DNA from: a virus
Taxonomy: Duplodnaviria; Heunggongvirae; Uroviricota; Caudoviricetes
Direction: 5' to 3' (one strand)
DNA: 64,000 nt
Virus record (IMG/VR): IMGVR_UViG_649989924_000003
The position numbers were made by a program, and so were the translations under genes. Positions 40,288 through 48,877 of the stretch are shown here, piece after piece; positions within the stretch are counted from its first letter, which is position 1, and the number at the start of each line of letters is the position of its first letter. The notes below the pieces were generated by a model, which saw nothing but the letters and a program-made list of their open reading frames with translations, had not been told where the DNA came from and searched no databases.

Positions 40288-40566
40288 AATTTTATCATAA
40301 TTTTATCATAATTCAATATTTTTAATAAACATATCCTATTAATGATACCTTACCAGAGTGATTATATACGTCCTTAAATGGGTACTCCTCTATTGGAAGT
40401 TTATCATCAATTGATTTTATATCAAATAAGCTACCTTCAACATACTCAATCGATATTTTTCTTGCTACCCATCTATTATTCTTTTTAAGAACCATAACAT
40501 CAAAAGTATTGAGATAGTTTCCTGATTTATTTTTAGATTGTCTATATTGCTCATCATGATTTTTCT

Positions 40567-40965
40567 TTATTTTTCATCTACAATAATTGTTCCAGTTGTA
40601 TAGTAGATGGTATGACGTTCGCCATTTTCATCTTCAAACAAAATATAATTCTGTTCATTTGTCTCAATATCAAATTTTCCTTCATAAGTTTGAATCACCT
40701 GTCCATTGATATCATAAACAGTAACGACTCTTTCAATACCACCAGAAGTTTCTGATATCCAATCTTTTTGAGCACGCTTTCCAGATTCTGTTCCATATAG
40801 CCAGTAACCACTGCCAATAGAGATACTTATGCTCAAAAGAATTCCTATGACTATACAAATTGTACCAACCCTTTTTTCTCCATCTTTTATATTCAAAATT
40901 CCAAAACCAACTCCAATGATTAATACAATAATACCTGTAATAATCCCTAACCAACCAATAAGCAT
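40567..40965 (-). CDS. Membrane protein with two N-terminal TMs, phage-like
   Basis: Hydrophobicity pattern; RBS. Confidence 0.6.
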   Translation of the reverse strand: MLIGWLGIITGIIVLIIGVGFGILNIKDGEKRVGTICIVIGILLSISISIGSGYWLYGTESGKRAQKDWISETSGGIERVVTVYDINGQVIQTYEGKFDIETNEQNYILFEDENGERHTIYYTTGTIIVDEK

Positions 40966-40971
40966 TTATTC

Positions 40972-41058
40972 TTCCTCCTTCTTTTGTGTAAAACAAAAAA
41001 GAACCCGCTTCTTAGAAACAGATTCTTCTCGTTTAACTTTACTATTCCATTATATCAT
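40972..41058 (-). promoter_or_regulatory. Promoter-ACGA-terminator leader, copy 7
   Basis: TGATATAAT-16 nt-ACGAG-AGAATCTG/CGGGTTCT (G-U pairs)-T-run-AGGAGG. Confidence 0.8.
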
Positions 41059-41139
41059 ATATTGATAGTTTTATAATGCCTTCCAATTTAATAAAATGAT
41101 TTGAAATAACAAAGAATAGTTAAATAAATTGAATAATAT

Positions 41140-41787
41140 TTAATCCTCTTTTAAAATAGCAATAACATTACAAACTCGTTCTTTGTGATATAAATCTTTA
41201 TACGATTTTTCTTTAATAACAAACCATCCATTAATCGTTCCATCATCTTCAATATCATCATCTATTTCCATAATAAATTGTTTACCATCATTTTCACAAA
41301 CTATTTTTGTATCTATTATTCCACTATCTTTTTCAATAACTAAAACAATATCACCAACAAATAGTTGTTGTCCTCTATTATCTTTCATTTTTGTAGGAGT
41401 CCCAATAATTCCAAATAAATAATGAACCCATAATAGATGAGGTTTGAAGTCTTCTTTAAACAATCTCTCAAAAGCCAGCTTAGCCTCAGCTTCAAAATCA
41501 AACTCATCCTTTAAATGACATTTATTAGTAGCAGATTTTACAACCTTACCATCTTCCTTCAAAAAGGACTGTACTTCATCATCTTGAACAGTGATATAAA
41601 TTTCCTTTTTTGGTATATATGGTCTTAACTGTCTTTCATTAAAAACCTTATATCCTTTAGCAGGGCTATTTTTAAGATGTGGAAAATAAACGAAATAGAG
41701 AGGAATTTGCTGAGAATCATCTATGGCCTCTATAGTCCCCTTTCCTTCACTTTCTGTCATAACTTCTTGTCCAATTTTATACTTCAT
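41140..41787 (-). CDS. Phage-like hypothetical protein (N-terminal SH3/KOW-like MKYKIG)
   Basis: ORF with RBS. Confidence 0.55.
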   Translation of the reverse strand: MKYKIGQEVMTESEGKGTIEAIDDSQQIPLYFVYFPHLKNSPAKGYKVFNERQLRPYIPKKEIYITVQDDEVQSFLKEDGKVVKSATNKCHLKDEFDFEAEAKLAFERLFKEDFKPHLLWVHYLFGIIGTPTKMKDNRGQQLFVGDIVLVIEKDSGIIDTKIVCENDGKQFIMEIDDDIEDDGTINGWFVIKEKSYKDLYHKERVCNVIAILKED

Positions 41788-41793
41788 ATGTTT

Positions 41794-41875
41794 TCCTCCT
41801 TTTCATGACATAGAAAAGAATCTACAAAAATGCAGATTCCTTTGTTTCGTATATATTACATCTCAATTATATCAT
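41794..41875 (-). promoter_or_regulatory. Promoter-ACGA-terminator leader, copy 8
   Basis: TGATATAAT-15 nt-ACGAA; hairpin nearly identical to copy 5. Confidence 0.8.
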
Positions 41876-41883
41876 AATATTCA

Positions 41884-42486
41884 TCACAATCTAACAGGCG
41901 AATGAATAAGAATAATTCTCACAGTTTTTTTTATTAATAACTCTGATTGAAGTCTGCTTAAAACAATCCAGTTCACTTCTGTATGCCATTTCGTATATTT
42001 CACAATTGTGTTTAAACATTCAAAAAGAAAACAACATTCCTGCTTATAATTATCCTTTTTGTCTTCAATATAATCTAATATATCTAAAATACTCTCGTCC
42101 TGGACATCCTCCAAAGAATGAAAGCTGTTATATGTCTTAAATTTATTCCAAGTTAATAGTATATAATGATTGGGATTGATTGGATACTTGTCCTGAGAAA
42201 AATAGATTCTTTCCTTAACTGTTGTATCATATATATTTCCAGACTTAACTTGTATGCCATAATCATTATGTTTCTTTGTTGTACATATAATATATGCATC
42301 TAAATTAGGACTTTTTTCCTGGCACATACTTATTTCATAATAATTATTTTCTCCAATTTCCTTGTCTCTCATCAATAACTCAATCATCTTTATGTAAGTA
42401 CAGGCAACTTCAAAGTTTTTATTTGCATAATTGTCCTTATTTATTTTCTTTCTTATATAATCTAATTGTTCTGTTAGTCTATACAT
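41884..42486 (-). CDS. Hypothetical protein, possible PD-(D/E)xK nuclease
   Basis: PNLDAYII...YGIQVKS resembles D...(Q)xK. Confidence 0.4.
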   Translation of the reverse strand: MYRLTEQLDYIRKKINKDNYANKNFEVACTYIKMIELLMRDKEIGENNYYEISMCQEKSPNLDAYIICTTKKHNDYGIQVKSGNIYDTTVKERIYFSQDKYPINPNHYILLTWNKFKTYNSFHSLEDVQDESILDILDYIEDKKDNYKQECCFLFECLNTIVKYTKWHTEVNWIVLSRLQSELLIKKTVRIILIHSPVRL

Positions 42487-42515
42487 TTTATCACCATCCT
42501 TGTTTTCTGAATATT

Positions 42516-43952
42516 TTAATTATTGATTTTAATGCTATCCATGAAAATGATTGTAAATTCTTCTATTGTCATTTGCTGTTGGATATTCCCTATATTATAG
42601 ATTGAATGAATATTTTTCATTAGATTAGGATTTTTCTGTATCATCACTTGGATATTATGACTTAAATAGTCCTTGTATGTCTCCACCATCATCGAAACTA
42701 ATTCATGTAGCTTAATTCGCACAAGATAAACAGGAAGTTGCTCATTGACAATCTCATCTTTTAATGTGTGATTTTCTCTAAGTTTCTGTTTACATAAAGT
42801 ATCAATTTTAGTTAATCTATCTCTTGCAGATTGGCCTTCAGTATCTTTTAGAAGCTCTAAAGATAAATTCTGGTAGTTGACCATAGCCTTAAAGACTTCA
42901 TTAAGACAGTCTAATACATAATCCAAATTCAAATGATTAGAATTCTTTGTAATAATTCCTTCAATAATAGTCCTAAAAATCTTAATATTGTACGTTGTAT
43001 CCTGTAATTGAGAATAAGAGTCTTCATTTTCATTTTTAAATAATGAAACAAAAGTCATAAAATCCATTCTCTTTGACTGCTGAAATAATATAGGCTTTTT
43101 ATGTGGCAATATAAGATATTTGATGGCTTGCATTGTCACAAATAAATCATTAGCTGTAAGACTGAATCCCTGCTTACATACAATTGCAAACAGTAACCGA
43201 TTTAATCTTTGATAGAATAGTTTAATATCCTCATTATCCCATGAATATGTGTTCTTTTCTAATGCCAGTGATAAGAGCTGAAGCATCTGAATGTCTCTTT
43301 CATAGCCAGACGGATAAAGAATATCTTTAGTATACCCCTTTCCTTTTGAAGATTTTTGAGCATAGAACCTTGCCCAGTATTTTACATCTAATGTTTCAGA
43401 CTCTTTTTTTATACTTCTTTCCGTCAAATAAATTTGATGAATTGTTGAAAAATAGCTATTTCCATCAATAACTAGCCACTCTTTATCAATACTTGGAAAA
43501 ATCTTTTTAAATTCCACAATATCATCTTCAAGCTTTCCATATTTTAAATGACTGCTAAATGCTAAAAAGCTATCCAACCAGGAACGAATCGATTCTACCA
43601 ACGCTTTATGAAAGACTATATACTGTGAGTCTCCAATAAAATCTTTATTTGCATTATTGACAATCTGCATAAGCCTAGAAAAATTCTTATTAGCTTTATT
43701 ACAAATAAGATTATATCGGCTATCATCTTTGTAGATTTCATCTTTATGCTTTGTATATCTTGGATTAAGATTCCTTTCATACTCTACATCTTTACCTTTT
43801 AGGTTAACTTCAATAACATGGTTATATATTGTCATAGAATTAAAGTCTGTAAGGTTAGCAATTTCCTTTGCTTTTTCTCTACATTGACTTATTTTTAATG
43901 CTTTCAGTTTATTCTCTTTGATAATATCTTTATTCTTTTGTTTTTCCTTCAC
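42516..43952 (-). CDS. Large helical hypothetical protein
   Basis: 478-aa ORF; GGAG 8 nt before GTG. Confidence 0.6.
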   Translation of the reverse strand: MKEKQKNKDIIKENKLKALKISQCREKAKEIANLTDFNSMTIYNHVIEVNLKGKDVEYERNLNPRYTKHKDEIYKDDSRYNLICNKANKNFSRLMQIVNNANKDFIGDSQYIVFHKALVESIRSWLDSFLAFSSHLKYGKLEDDIVEFKKIFPSIDKEWLVIDGNSYFSTIHQIYLTERSIKKESETLDVKYWARFYAQKSSKGKGYTKDILYPSGYERDIQMLQLLSLALEKNTYSWDNEDIKLFYQRLNRLLFAIVCKQGFSLTANDLFVTMQAIKYLILPHKKPILFQQSKRMDFMTFVSLFKNENEDSYSQLQDTTYNIKIFRTIIEGIITKNSNHLNLDYVLDCLNEVFKAMVNYQNLSLELLKDTEGQSARDRLTKIDTLCKQKLRENHTLKDEIVNEQLPVYLVRIKLHELVSMMVETYKDYLSHNIQVMIQKNPNLMKNIHSIYNIGNIQQQMTIEEFTIIFMDSIKINN

Positions 43953-44110
43953 AATTATTTCTCCAGCTTTTTGTGGAGCCCGCCTCCTTTTTTGTAAAAT
44001 AAAAAACTACACTAGAAATATAAAATCCTCCTATATATAGTTTTTCTCTTTTGATAGATTTTTCTAATTTTTTGGATAAACACTCATAATTCTTATGAAA
44101 ATAATACTTT

Positions 44111-44193
44111 CCTCCTTTTTTGTAAAACAAAAAATGGAACCCAAAAAAATATGAGTTCCATAATCGTTATAGTTTACTACTATATTATATCAT
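44111..44193 (-). promoter_or_regulatory. Promoter-ACGA-terminator leader, copy 9 (its RBS tail is repeated at about 43982-44005)
   Basis: TGATATAAT-16 nt-ACGAT-GGAACTC/GGGTTCC-T6G-AGGAGG. Confidence 0.75.
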
Positions 44194-44333
44194 AACTAAA
44201 GGATTTCGCGTTTTTACCAACTTATTAGCCAATTCATTTTTGCTAATTGAGTTATGTTGAAAAAAGTTGAATAAAGTCATATAATTATTTATATATACTC
44301 AATTAAAATAAGAGATTAAAGGGCAAATATAAA

Positions 44334-44714
44334 ATGGTATCAGTAACAAAGAGAATAAAAATGATTAAACAACCCTATGGAGGATATATCGGTCCTATAG
44401 TTTTGAAGGGTTTTACTTTTGAAAATGGTTATACTGATTATATTCATTCTGGCGATGGAGATTTCTTAACAGAAACAACTCTTTGGGATTTTAAAGTATC
44501 TATTCATCATCCAAGCAAAGACCATACACTTCAAATTCTGATTTATTATCTTATGGGAATACATTCAGATAACTCAATTTATTTTGAATCTATACAGAAT
44601 CTTGGAATTTATAATCCACGATTACAAAAAATTTACTTAATTAGTATAGCTGAAATACCAGAAACAATTCTTAAAGATGTTTGCGAAAGCGTTATTGGAT
44701 ACAATTTTCATTAA
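44334..44714 (+). CDS. PD-(D/E)xK-like hypothetical protein, possibly internally deleted
   Basis: GDGDFLTETTLWDFKVS. Confidence 0.45.
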   Translation: MVSVTKRIKMIKQPYGGYIGPIVLKGFTFENGYTDYIHSGDGDFLTETTLWDFKVSIHHPSKDHTLQILIYYLMGIHSDNSIYFESIQNLGIYNPRLQKIYLISIAEIPETILKDVCESVIGYNFH

Positions 44715-45360
44715 ATTTTGAATAATCCATCACTGCATACTGAACCTTTCCTCCAACTGCAAGATAGCCTTGAGAGTAAAGGTTTTTTTCTAGTTTTATT
44801 TCAGTTTCCACAGACTGAATCCCTTTCTCCAAGACTATATCAAGTGAATTAAACATATCTGAGCGAGTGAAACTATTTAAGCCATTTATCATATGCTCCT
44901 CTTCGCCAGAAGTGATAATATCCAATTCATTATCATTGTAAAATTCAATAGATGGAATCTTATGGTGAATGATATCTACTCTATACAATGTCTTTTTGTA
45001 GGCAACCATCAGGCGCATATCCTTGCATTCTCTATCACAGGTAATTTTGAGGAATTCAGAGTATTTTTTCACAATATCAGCAATATTTTTATCTGATACA
45101 GCCCTAAAATATTCCAATAATGTCCCATTAATATCCACCAATTCTTTCCCTACATATACCTGATTGATTCCTGTGATTCCAACGCATAAAACATTTGGTA
45201 TTAAACAGTGGATTTTTTTGTAATTGGAGTCTTTTAGGGTTCTATCAGGATATGTACTATATGAATCTGAAGCCATGACAATTCCATTCACATTCTTAAT
45301 AACAACCATATATGACATAAAGTTTCTTCTATCCCCTTTCTTGTTTGTCATTTCTAACAT
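44692..45360 (-). CDS. Ntn hydrolase paralog G (upstream ATG 45360; core ATG 45318, Ser1)
   Basis: M-SYMVVIK...MASDS...KKIH...ITG; AVGGKVQ; closest to paralog F. Confidence 0.75.
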   Translation of the reverse strand: MLEMTNKKGDRRNFMSYMVVIKNVNGIVMASDSYSTYPDRTLKDSNYKKIHCLIPNVLCVGITGINQVYVGKELVDINGTLLEYFRAVSDKNIADIVKKYSEFLKITCDRECKDMRLMVAYKKTLYRVDIIHHKIPSIEFYNDNELDIITSGEEEHMINGLNSFTRSDMFNSLDIVLEKGIQSVETEIKLEKNLYSQGYLAVGGKVQYAVMDYSKFNENCIQ

Positions 45361-45368
45361 ACAACACC

Positions 45369-45385
45369 CTCCAGCTGTATAAGCT
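45369..45385 (-). promoter_or_regulatory. 5' hairpin-GGAG leader of paralog G
   Basis: AGCT-TATAC-AGCT-GGAG after TG-ATATACT. Confidence 0.7.
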
Positions 45386-45473
45386 AATATCAGTATATCA
45401 CAATAAAAAAATAGTGCACATGATGTATGTACACTATCTATATTTTATCTTTCTCGTATATTAAAGGTTTTTC

Positions 45474-45971
45474 TTAGTCATAATAAAATCCTTCAACAAA
45501 CCCTAAATGAGATTCCCACTCGAAATCATTCGGCAATGCATATGCGTATTTATTTTTTATCTCATTAATCATTTCTGATTCATTAATATAGCCAAAAGAT
45601 AGATTTTTGTAGTTAATTTTATTTTCATATAATAAAAATAATGAAAAATAATAATGTTCATTATCTTCTTCTCCATTCATGGCTGTAAAGACTACCTCAT
45701 CTCTATCTCCATATAGAGAAAATTGTCCCTCATAAACAACAATATCTGAATCATATAAAGAATTTCCAATATTATTTAAAAAATCATCAATACTGTATTC
45801 TTGTTCATCTTTTCCAATAAATATTTTTTTATTCATATTCTCAAATTCTTTTAAATCAATATATGGAAATAATTCTTTTGAATATTTCACATGTAGTAAA
45901 AAATACCTCATTTCTTCTTTGTTTAATGCTATCCCGTATTGTGGGTTTATATAATTTACATCTACAGACAT
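45474..45971 (-). CDS. Hypothetical protein
   Basis: ORF with RBS. Confidence 0.6.
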   Translation of the reverse strand: MSVDVNYINPQYGIALNKEEMRYFLLHVKYSKELFPYIDLKEFENMNKKIFIGKDEQEYSIDDFLNNIGNSLYDSDIVVYEGQFSLYGDRDEVVFTAMNGEEDNEHYYFSLFLLYENKINYKNLSFGYINESEMINEIKNKYAYALPNDFEWESHLGFVEGFYYD

Positions 45972-46261
45972 TAAAAGTCCTCCTTATCTAATATAAGTGT
46001 TTGATAATAAGTATATTTATCGCCAACAATATGACTTCGAACTTCATTTAAAAGTTTTTTACATTGACTACTTTCTTGGGTTGAATCATGAAGAGATTCT
46101 AAACATATATCAATTGTATCTAATATTGTTGGTTCGAAATTATTGTTGATATCATAAGAAACAATTTGAACGTCATTATATAATTCTTCAATTTGATTAT
46201 CAAGAATATATTGTTTTATTTTTTCCCAAGATTGAATTGAAGAGGTTTCTCTTGCAATCAT
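45971..46261 (-). CDS. Hypothetical protein
   Basis: ORF, translationally coupled. Confidence 0.55.
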   Translation of the reverse strand: MIARETSSIQSWEKIKQYILDNQIEELYNDVQIVSYDINNNFEPTILDTIDICLESLHDSTQESSQCKKLLNEVRSHIVGDKYTYYQTLILDKEDF

Positions 46262-46431
46262 ACATTCACATCCTTTTTGTATTTGTTTTTTCTTATATAT
46301 TTCTTTTTATTCTTTTGTGGAGAAGGGATTCTATGTTTCCCTTCCACAAATAAAGCATACTTTTCCTCATCAGTATATTTTGTTAATTGTTTTTGACGAG
46401 GTTTTATATGGATATTTTTATTATCCTTCAT
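46258..46431 (-). CDS. Small basic protein (57 aa; not in the ORF track)
   Basis: MKDNKNIHIKPRQKQ...HRIPSPQKNKKKYIRKNKYKKDVNV; ATGA overlap with the next gene. Confidence 0.55.
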   Translation of the reverse strand: MKDNKNIHIKPRQKQLTKYTDEEKYALFVEGKHRIPSPQKNKKKYIRKNKYKKDVNV

Positions 46432-46437
46432 ATTTCA

Positions 46438-47142
46438 TCAACCCTTTCGTGACCTTGAATCTAATTCCTGACAGAATCTTTTATATTCTTCTTTAAGTTC
46501 TAAATATTTTTTAGCTTTTTCAAGTGTCTTTTTGAAATTGGATATAGATTCTTCATCTACTGATTCAGATTCCTCATACTTTTTAAGATTTTTCTCAAAT
46601 TCCTCTAAATCCCAAAATGTATGGAAAGAACAATTACCTGAAATGAGATAATTTAAACCTTGCAATATCCTTAATTGAGATTTTTTAGCTCCATTTTTTA
46701 CTAAATATGAACCACTTGGATATTTCCATTCAAATCCTAAATAGATATTGTTTATTTTATCAGCATCTTCATATTCCACATAGTCCCTTTTGGACACCTC
46801 ATGATAATCCTCAAGATTTCCCAAGAATGTAAATAAATGGAAATTACTCTCAGCAAGTACAGGTGATGTATTATAGTAATATTCACTGTATGCCTTACTA
46901 ATTGTATAAGCCCCACTTTCTGAGAATTGTTTGAGTTTTTTAATCGCATTTTCATAGTTGCAATACATGTCTATCTTATATGTATCTACCATATGAACTT
47001 TGCCTGTCTTTTGATTAAATACAGGTACAAAAAGTCCATAATGCTGGTCATATCCATTAATTCTATCTGTTGATGAACAGATTTTACTCGGATTGGCTTC
47101 ATAAATCCCTCCAAAAATCACTTTATTTCTCATATCTTCCAT
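46438..47142 (-). CDS. Hypothetical protein
   Basis: 234-aa ORF with RBS. Confidence 0.6.
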   Translation of the reverse strand: MEDMRNKVIFGGIYEANPSKICSSTDRINGYDQHYGLFVPVFNQKTGKVHMVDTYKIDMYCNYENAIKKLKQFSESGAYTISKAYSEYYYNTSPVLAESNFHLFTFLGNLEDYHEVSKRDYVEYEDADKINNIYLGFEWKYPSGSYLVKNGAKKSQLRILQGLNYLISGNCSFHTFWDLEEFEKNLKKYEESESVDEESISNFKKTLEKAKKYLELKEEYKRFCQELDSRSRKG

Positions 47143-47145
47143 TCC

Positions 47146-47403
47146 TTATTCCTCCTTCTCATAAACGACATAAATATATGCATCATCATTATCATATGTC
47201 ATAGCAATAATATTGTTACCAAAGTCAATCTCTTGCTGGATAACATCAACAAAATAATTTGGTCTCATATCATCCTTTTTATATTGCTTTATATATTGTT
47301 TTGTCTTTTTAACCGACTTTTCTTTAACTAGTTTAGGTAATGTTACTATTAGTACATCTGCTAACTGTTGGCCTTTGACTGTATCCCAAAAACTATTATT
47401 CAT
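47146..47403 (-). CDS. Hypothetical protein
   Basis: AAGGAG RBS before MNNSFWD. Confidence 0.55.
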   Translation of the reverse strand: MNNSFWDTVKGQQLADVLIVTLPKLVKEKSVKKTKQYIKQYKKDDMRPNYFVDVIQQEIDFGNNIIAMTYDNDDAYIYVVYEKEE

Positions 47404-47416
47404 TGTTTTTTCTCCT

Positions 47417-47857
47417 TTATAGTAATGATTTATTTTGAAATGATAAAATATTGTTATCTCCAACAATACAAAAATCAAGCAATTCAATCTGTAACATTTC
47501 ACCATATTTTTGAAGTTCCTTTGCTAATTGTTTGTCTTCCGCACTAGGACAAGTATCACCGTTCAGATGATTATGAACGCATATGAAACGATATGCATTA
47601 CATAAAACTAGACTTTTAAACATTTTCCTAGGAGTAACAATTTTAATATCTGATTCTCCTCCAAATACTTCAAACACCTCAATAATTCTATTTCTTGTAT
47701 CTAAGGCGAAAAGCATCATTACTTCTTTATGCTCTTCATTCATTTTTAATTTCTTTAAAAATACATCCTTAACATCATCTACTTCGTTAATCATTTTAGG
47801 ACCATATTTTTTGGCATCTTCTTTATAAACTTGATTCATAATACACCTCTTTTTCAT
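47417..47857 (-). CDS. Stand-alone RadC-like JAB domain protein
   Basis: KEVMMLFALD, CVHNHLNGDTCPSAED, IELLDFCIVG. Confidence 0.85.
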   Translation of the reverse strand: MKKRCIMNQVYKEDAKKYGPKMINEVDDVKDVFLKKLKMNEEHKEVMMLFALDTRNRIIEVFEVFGGESDIKIVTPRKMFKSLVLCNAYRFICVHNHLNGDTCPSAEDKQLAKELQKYGEMLQIELLDFCIVGDNNILSFQNKSLL

Positions 47858-47963
47858 GTTTCTTATGGAGCCTTTTTATCAAAAAACGACTTAGTGTTTC
47901 TATATTACCTTCCAGAAAGATATAATTTACAACCTTCCTTTAATTGAATCTCTCTTCCAAAAC

Positions 47964-48371
47964 TCAACCCATATACACGCATTCTCCTTTTCTTTTTCCA
48001 TTCACAAAAGATATATACTGTCCTCCAATATAATGAATCTCGTTGCAAGCATACTCATCTAAAATTCTCTCAATTTCTGGAAACTTAGATTTATCATCAG
48101 TTATTATTGTCAAACTATTTGTTGGAAATCTATCATATTTAAGACGATTTTGACAATTTTTACACCTACAATGTTTAATAAATTCATAGTGTGGAATGGA
48201 ATAGTCCATTTTCCCCTCTTTTGTTAATCCATAACAAATCCTATAAGTGTAACGATTGTACGTCCCAAATTCTGCTCCTGTATTTACCCTATTCATATAG
48301 TTTTCACCTTTCTCGTGATTGTTTTTTAATTGAATAATCATATTCCTTATAAGTAATAAAGGTTGGTTCAT
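47964..48371 (-). CDS. Hypothetical protein
   Basis: ORF; probable start MNRVNTG. Confidence 0.5.
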   Translation of the reverse strand: MNQPLLLIRNMIIQLKNNHEKGENYMNRVNTGAEFGTYNRYTYRICYGLTKEGKMDYSIPHYEFIKHCRCKNCQNRLKYDRFPTNSLTIITDDKSKFPEIERILDEYACNEIHYIGGQYISFVNGKRKGECVYMG

Positions 48372-48741
48372 AGCCTGTATAATAGCAATAATCCACTTTA
48401 CATAGTGTTTTAATGGATTCTTGAGGGATATCTAAAAACTCAGAAAACAACTTCTGATACTCATCAAATTCCTCATCTGCAAGTTTTTCAGTAGAACACC
48501 ATTCCTCACATTTTTTCCCATAAGATTCTTCCAATACAAAATCAATATAATCATTGTCTCTATCAAATCCTAGCATAAACTGCTTATATATTGGATTTTC
48601 TGAGTATTCTGGATGTGATTCCATAATATAATCAATCAAATCCTGATAGTTATTTTCTCCATAAATATAATTTGGCAATAACTCTCCTAGCAATAATGGG
48701 TTTCTGTATCTTATTGCTTTTACATATTTATAATCTGACAT
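48304..48741 (-). CDS. Hypothetical protein
   Basis: AGGAGG RBS before MSDYKY. Confidence 0.55.
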   Translation of the reverse strand: MSDYKYVKAIRYRNPLLLGELLPNYIYGENNYQDLIDYIMESHPEYSENPIYKQFMLGFDRDNDYIDFVLEESYGKKCEEWCSTEKLADEEFDEYQKLFSEFLDIPQESIKTLCKVDYCYYTGYEPTFITYKEYDYSIKKQSRER

Positions 48742-48746
48742 TTCTT

Positions 48747-48831
48747 TCCTCCTTCTTTTGTTGAAAACAAAAAAGAATCTGCCCCTTGTGAACAGATTCA
48801 TCTCGTTTATATTACTCTTTAATTGTACCAT
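48747..48831 (-). promoter_or_regulatory. Promoter-ACGA-terminator leader, copy 10
   Basis: TGGTACAAT-15 nt-ACGAG-GAATCTG/CAGATTC-T-run-AGGAGG. Confidence 0.8.
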
Positions 48832-48877
48832 ATTCTCTTTAAATAATGAGAAATATTTCCGACTATACTATATAAAG

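Larger units (their letters stand above)
39613..41060. repeat. About 49-bp perfect direct repeat (39613-39661 and 41012-41060) formed by leader copies 6 and 7
   Basis: TTAGAAACAGATTCTTCTCGTTTAACTTTACTATTCCATTATATCATAT occurs twice. Confidence 0.85.

Noticed and set aside
46314-46352. Hairpin TTTGTGG-AGAAGGG...CCCTTCCACAAA as an ncRNA or terminator
   Set aside because: It falls within the 57-aa coding ORF and has no T-run in the transcribed direction.
47860-47935. Possible 19th leader copy upstream of the JAB gene
   Set aside because: It has GTAAATTATAT and a T-run, but no ACGA box, no clear extended -10 and no convincing stem.
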